From Waterburya sp. (GTDB lineage: Bacteria > Cyanobacteriota > Cyanobacteriia > Cyanobacteriales > Xenococcaceae), in contig CBDCJV010000002.1 in the NCBI GenBank assembly GCA_965217895.1, forward strand, positions 1,920,001-1,984,000: a stretch of 64,000 nt of DNA. Reading direction: 5' to 3'. Made by a program: the position numbers and the translations under genes. The notes below the pieces were generated by a model. That model did no database searches, had not been told where the DNA came from, and saw only the letters and a program-made list of their open reading frames with translations. This document shows positions 60,533 to 64,000 of the stretch, piece after piece. Each line of letters opens with the position of its first letter. Positions within the stretch are counted from its first letter, which is position 1.

Positions 60533-61576
60533 ATGACACTTCAAACAATAAAAAAATCAGACAATTCTAAAGTTCTCTTGGGCAAATCTTTGGCTGAGTT
60601 AACCGCTTGGGTAGAAGAACAGGGGCAACCTGCCTATAGGGGAAAGCAGCTATACCAATGGTTATACCAAAAAGAAGCGCGATCGCTTTCAGATATTTCT
60701 GTATTCCCTAAAAAATGGCGCGAAGAGATGGCAGACTATCCTCTGGGACGCTCTACAATTCACTATCGTAGTGTTGCTGCCGATGCTACCCGTAAATATC
60801 TCTTGCGTCTTGGAGATGGGTTAATTATCGAAGCAGTAGGAATACCCACTGCTAAACGTTTGACGGTGTGTGTTTCTTCTCAGGTTGGTTGTCCAATGGA
60901 CTGTGATTTTTGCGCCACAGGTAAAGGCGGTTTTACTCGCAATCTCAAGGCTTATGAAATCGTCGATCAGGTGCTGACGGTACAAGAAGATTTCCAACAA
61001 AGAGTAAGTAACGTAGTATTTATGGGTATGGGAGAACCTATGGCAAATATTGAGGAGGTTGTGGCTGCGGTTAGATCTCTTAACCAAGATGTAGGAATTG
61101 GAGCGCGATCGCTTACTGTGTCAACAGTGGGTATTCCTGGTAAAATCCAACAGTTAGCTCAACATCAACTACAGATTGTGCTGGCGGTCAGTCTTCATGC
61201 CTCAAATCAAGCTTTGCGAGAACAATTAATCCCTAGTGCTAAAAAATACACTCTAAATAACCTATTGGATGAATGTCGCGATTATGTTCAGGTTACAGGT
61301 AGAAGAGTAACCTTTGAATATGTTCTACTAGCGGGAGTTAATGACCTATCAGAAAATGCCAGGGAATTGGTTCAGTGTCTCAGAGGCTTCCAAGCCCACG
61401 TCAACCTGATTCCCTATAATCCCATTTCTGAAGTTGATTATCAAAGACCAGATAAACGCCGTATTCAAGCATTTACTGATATTCTAGAAGAGGCAAATAT
61501 AGCCGTCAGCGTTCGCTATTCTCGTGGCTTGGAAGCAGATGCAGCCTGCGGACAGCTAAGAGCCTCAAAAATTTAG
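60533..61576 (+). CDS. rlmN: 23S rRNA (adenine-C2)-methyltransferase RlmN
   Basis: [42 protein letters not shown]. Confidence 0.97.
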   Translation: MTLQTIKKSDNSKVLLGKSLAELTAWVEEQGQPAYRGKQLYQWLYQKEARSLSDISVFPKKWREEMADYPLGRSTIHYRSVAADATRKYLLRLGDGLIIEAVGIPTAKRLTVCVSSQVGCPMDCDFCATGKGGFTRNLKAYEIVDQVLTVQEDFQQRVSNVVFMGMGEPMANIEEVVAAVRSLNQDVGIGARSLTVSTVGIPGKIQQLAQHQLQIVLAVSLHASNQALREQLIPSAKKYTLNNLLDECRDYVQVTGRRVTFEYVLLAGVNDLSENARELVQCLRGFQAHVNLIPYNPISEVDYQRPDKRRIQAFTDILEEANIAVSVRYSRGLEADAACGQLRASKI

Positions 61577-61773
61577 GCTGAAACAGAAACAGAAGAATTG
61601 ACGCGGTGACATTTGACACCTGGAGCGTAAGCTTCAATCACTTTGCCAGTTTTAGCGCATTGAACTAGCAAATAGTCACAGCTACGACAAGAAATGCGCT
61701 TGATAGAATCGTTTATACTTTTTATAGCGCGATCGCCACAGTTAGAGCAAGGAATTATTTGTGTCTTAGTCAT
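61573..61773 (-). CDS. Small Zn-ribbon protein
   Basis: CSNCG...CRSCDYL...[17 protein letters not shown] upstream on the minus strand. Confidence 0.75.
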   Translation of the reverse strand: MTKTQIIPCSNCGDRAIKSINDSIKRISCRSCDYLLVQCAKTGKVIEAYAPGVKCHRVNSSVSVSA

Positions 61774-62061
61774 TTTTACTTCCCAGAACCTTGAGACTTA
61801 AATAATCAAGTCCTGAATTCTGTTTGCAGGTAAAGCTTTAATTTTAGTTTATATTGATAAGTATAATTACTTTTTAAGTATTTCTTTTCAGTCTTTAGAT
61901 ATATCTTATATCTTCCAACATCGATCCCTGATGACTCTAGGTCTAATTCAATCTGTATGTTCTGTCTAAAAAGTATTTTTAGCTAATTTTCAAATATTAA
62001 TTATAAAAACATAATTTATCTTCACTCTTTTCTAAGCCTTCATTTTTTTTCGCCATTATGC

Positions 62062-62325
62062 TATAGCGTTTCTCGTATTAACGAGGTACACCTTAGTTTT
62101 GACTGGAGACTAGTTCTTTCCTAATCCCCGATCCCTAATCCCTAAAAGCAATCAATTCTGTATCTTATTAGTGGCGTTGCTGAATGTGTAATGCTAAAAG
62201 TATATTTAGCTTATTTATTAAGTAGTGATGATTTATTCAAAGCTTAGAGCTTACAGCTACGAACAGTCATCTTTTGTATGACATTATTTAATCAGCAACG
62301 CCTTATTAGTTTGAGAACCGCTATA
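62062..62325. mobile_element. MITE-like element (outer) with TATAGCG...CGCTATA ends
   Basis: Left end TATAGCGTTTCTCGTATTAACGAGGTACA. Right end after removing the inner element, TGTATCTTATTAGTTTGAGAACCGCTATA, is 22/29 complementary. Confidence 0.75.
62173..62302. mobile_element. 130-bp MITE (inner) with 8-bp target duplication
   Basis: TIRs GGCGTTGCTGA...TCAGCAACGCC (11/11; 17/21 when extended), flanked by TTATTAGT at 62165-62172 and 62303-62310. Confidence 0.88.
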
Positions 62326-62378
62326 AATAATGATTTAATTTTAGAAAACAATTCTTTTGCTTTATGTGGCAATAATCT

Positions 62379-63212
62379 ATGCAAGTTGAATGGCAGACAG
62401 TTAAAAGTTACGAAGATATTTTCTATCACAAGTGGAACGGTATTGCCAAAATCACTATTAATCGTCCTCACAAGCGCAATGCGTTTCGACCCAAAACTAT
62501 ATTTGAAATGTATGATGCTTTTATCGACGCTCGCGAAGACAATACTGTAGGGGTAGTTTTATTAACAGGTGCTGGACCTCATACAGACGGTAAATATGCT
62601 TTTTGTGCTGGTGGCGATCAAAGCATTAGGGGAAAAGCAGGATACATAGACGAACAAGGTACACCAAGATTAAATGTCTTAGACTTACAGCGTTTGATTC
62701 GCTCATTACCCAAAGTAACCATCGCTTTAGTAGCTGGTTATGCGATCGGTGGAGGTCATGTACTTCATGTATTATGCGACTTAACTATTGCAGCAGATAA
62801 TGCCATTTTTGGGCAAACTGGGCCAAAAGTAGGCAGTTTTGACGGTGGATTTGGCTCTAGCTATCTAGCCAGAATTGTCGGTCAAAAAAAAGCCAGAGAA
62901 ATTTGGTTTTTGTGTCGCCAATATAACGCTACAGAAGCTGAGGAAATGGGGTTAGTTAACTGCGTCGTGCCGATAGATCGTTTGGAAGCCGAGGGAATTA
63001 AGTGGTCACAAGAGATTTTAGCCAAAAGTCCTATCGCCATTCGCTGTCTTAAAGCTGCTTTTAATGCCGACTGTGACGGACAAGCAGGTTTACAAGAATT
63101 GGCTGGCAACGCTACTATGCTCTACTACATGACAGAAGAAGGAGCAGAAGGAAAACAAGCCTTCTTAGAAAAGCGATCGCCAAATTTTCAACAGTATCCT
63201 TGGCTACCTTAA
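62379..63212 (+). CDS. menB: 1,4-dihydroxy-2-naphthoyl-CoA synthase
   Basis: [41 protein letters not shown]. Confidence 0.97.
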   Translation: MQVEWQTVKSYEDIFYHKWNGIAKITINRPHKRNAFRPKTIFEMYDAFIDAREDNTVGVVLLTGAGPHTDGKYAFCAGGDQSIRGKAGYIDEQGTPRLNVLDLQRLIRSLPKVTIALVAGYAIGGGHVLHVLCDLTIAADNAIFGQTGPKVGSFDGGFGSSYLARIVGQKKAREIWFLCRQYNATEAEEMGLVNCVVPIDRLEAEGIKWSQEILAKSPIAIRCLKAAFNADCDGQAGLQELAGNATMLYYMTEEGAEGKQAFLEKRSPNFQQYPWLP

Positions 63213-63257
63213 AAAACAAAGATACAAAATTCTGGCATTTTCCAACTGTTATTGATC

Positions 63258-63296
63258 AAAAAAAGCGCGTCCCTATAATCTTAGGGCGCACTTTTT
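63258..63296. terminator. Probable bidirectional terminator
   Basis: A-run, GCGCGTCCCTA...TAGGGCGCAC, then T-run, between convergent genes. Confidence 0.65.
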
Positions 63297-63340
63297 AAAT
63301 AGGCAAAAAAATATGAATATACCAAATTGCCAAGTTCTAA

Positions 63341-63700
63341 TTAACTCAAAGCTTCATCTTTATTTTTTACAAATCGTGTCCTGCGCGTAGCTGCAATCTC
63401 GATTTCGGATATGTTCGAGGTCAATTGGCTGGTTAATTTTGGTTCTATAGAAGTAGAATACTGAAAAATATCTTCTAATTTTTTTAAAGTTGTTTCAAAA
63501 GGATGAGAGGCTAATGTACAAGCTTTCCAACTGCCTTGAACAGGTACTCCCAACCTCTGGCAAGAACCACCTCTACGACCTTCTGGTTTATAAGAGCGAC
63601 AGAAGCGACAGGCTGAAGTTGAAAAATTTATTTCTTCCATTAGGTTATGTAGGACTCGGTTTAATTCCATTCCGTTACTTCTATTTTGTGCTTTCTTCAT
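63341..63700 (-). CDS. Hypothetical Cys-containing protein
   Basis: SACRFCRSYKPEGRRGGSCQRLGVPVQGSWKAC. Confidence 0.7.
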   Translation of the reverse strand: MKKAQNRSNGMELNRVLHNLMEEINFSTSACRFCRSYKPEGRRGGSCQRLGVPVQGSWKACTLASHPFETTLKKLEDIFQYSTSIEPKLTSQLTSNISEIEIAATRRTRFVKNKDEALS

Positions 63701-64000
63701 AAACCGCTAAATTCAATTGCAGCCATTATCTACTATGTCTTTGAGTGATCCCCAGGCACTATACAGGTTTAACAATCTCTTTATAATTGAGTAATGAATG
63801 GAAACAATAACTTTATAAAACGGTATCAAAAATAGTTTTGTTCTCGGTAATTTTAAGGAAATTGCTGCAAAACCTATAGGGATCGTGAATAAAAAACAGA
63901 TAAACCTTTATATTTTTTTTATTAAAACTAGGAAGAAGTTGAGGGAATATATTCTGAACACCATTTTTGAGCAATGCAGTGATAACATGAATTCCACCGT

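Noticed and set aside
62278..62550. 90-aa ORF overlapping the menB start
   Set aside because: It begins inside the MITE and overlaps menB out of frame; probably spurious.

Overview
AT-rich cyanobacterial chromosomal segment. The HIP1 octamer GCGATCGC is abundant and chlG, petL and the cyanobacterial pil/rpmH gene orders are present. Most of the window is core genes: lipB, hpf, pilB-pilT-pilC, grpE-dnaK-dnaJ-tusA-rsgA, mlaE, DAHP synthase, an HlyB-like ABC exporter with a PPIase, ispF, rpmH-rnpA-yidC-jag-yceD, chlG, bioY, xth, metG, lptC, petL, cobH, rlmN and menB. The best candidate for a new system is an accessory two-gene unit at 14712-15838, next to an IS982. It encodes a heme-oxygenase-like diiron (HDO) enzyme with a possible RRE-like N-terminus, followed by a 48-aa peptide ORF (absent from the ORF track) with its own RBS and a downstream terminator. 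This looks like a minimal RiPP locus. Other notable items: (1) an IS982 transposase carrying three in-frame palindromic micro-insertions, one of which adds a stop codon; (2) a GC-rich oxidoreductase cassette apparently inserted between two HIP1 sites, duplicating the 3' end of an SDR gene; (3) a MITE nested in another MITE with a perfect 8-bp target duplication; (4) a hypothetical protein with LCIB/theta-carbonic-anhydrase-like Zn motifs; (5) a tandem ComFB-like protein. All product calls come from motif recognition only; no searches were run.
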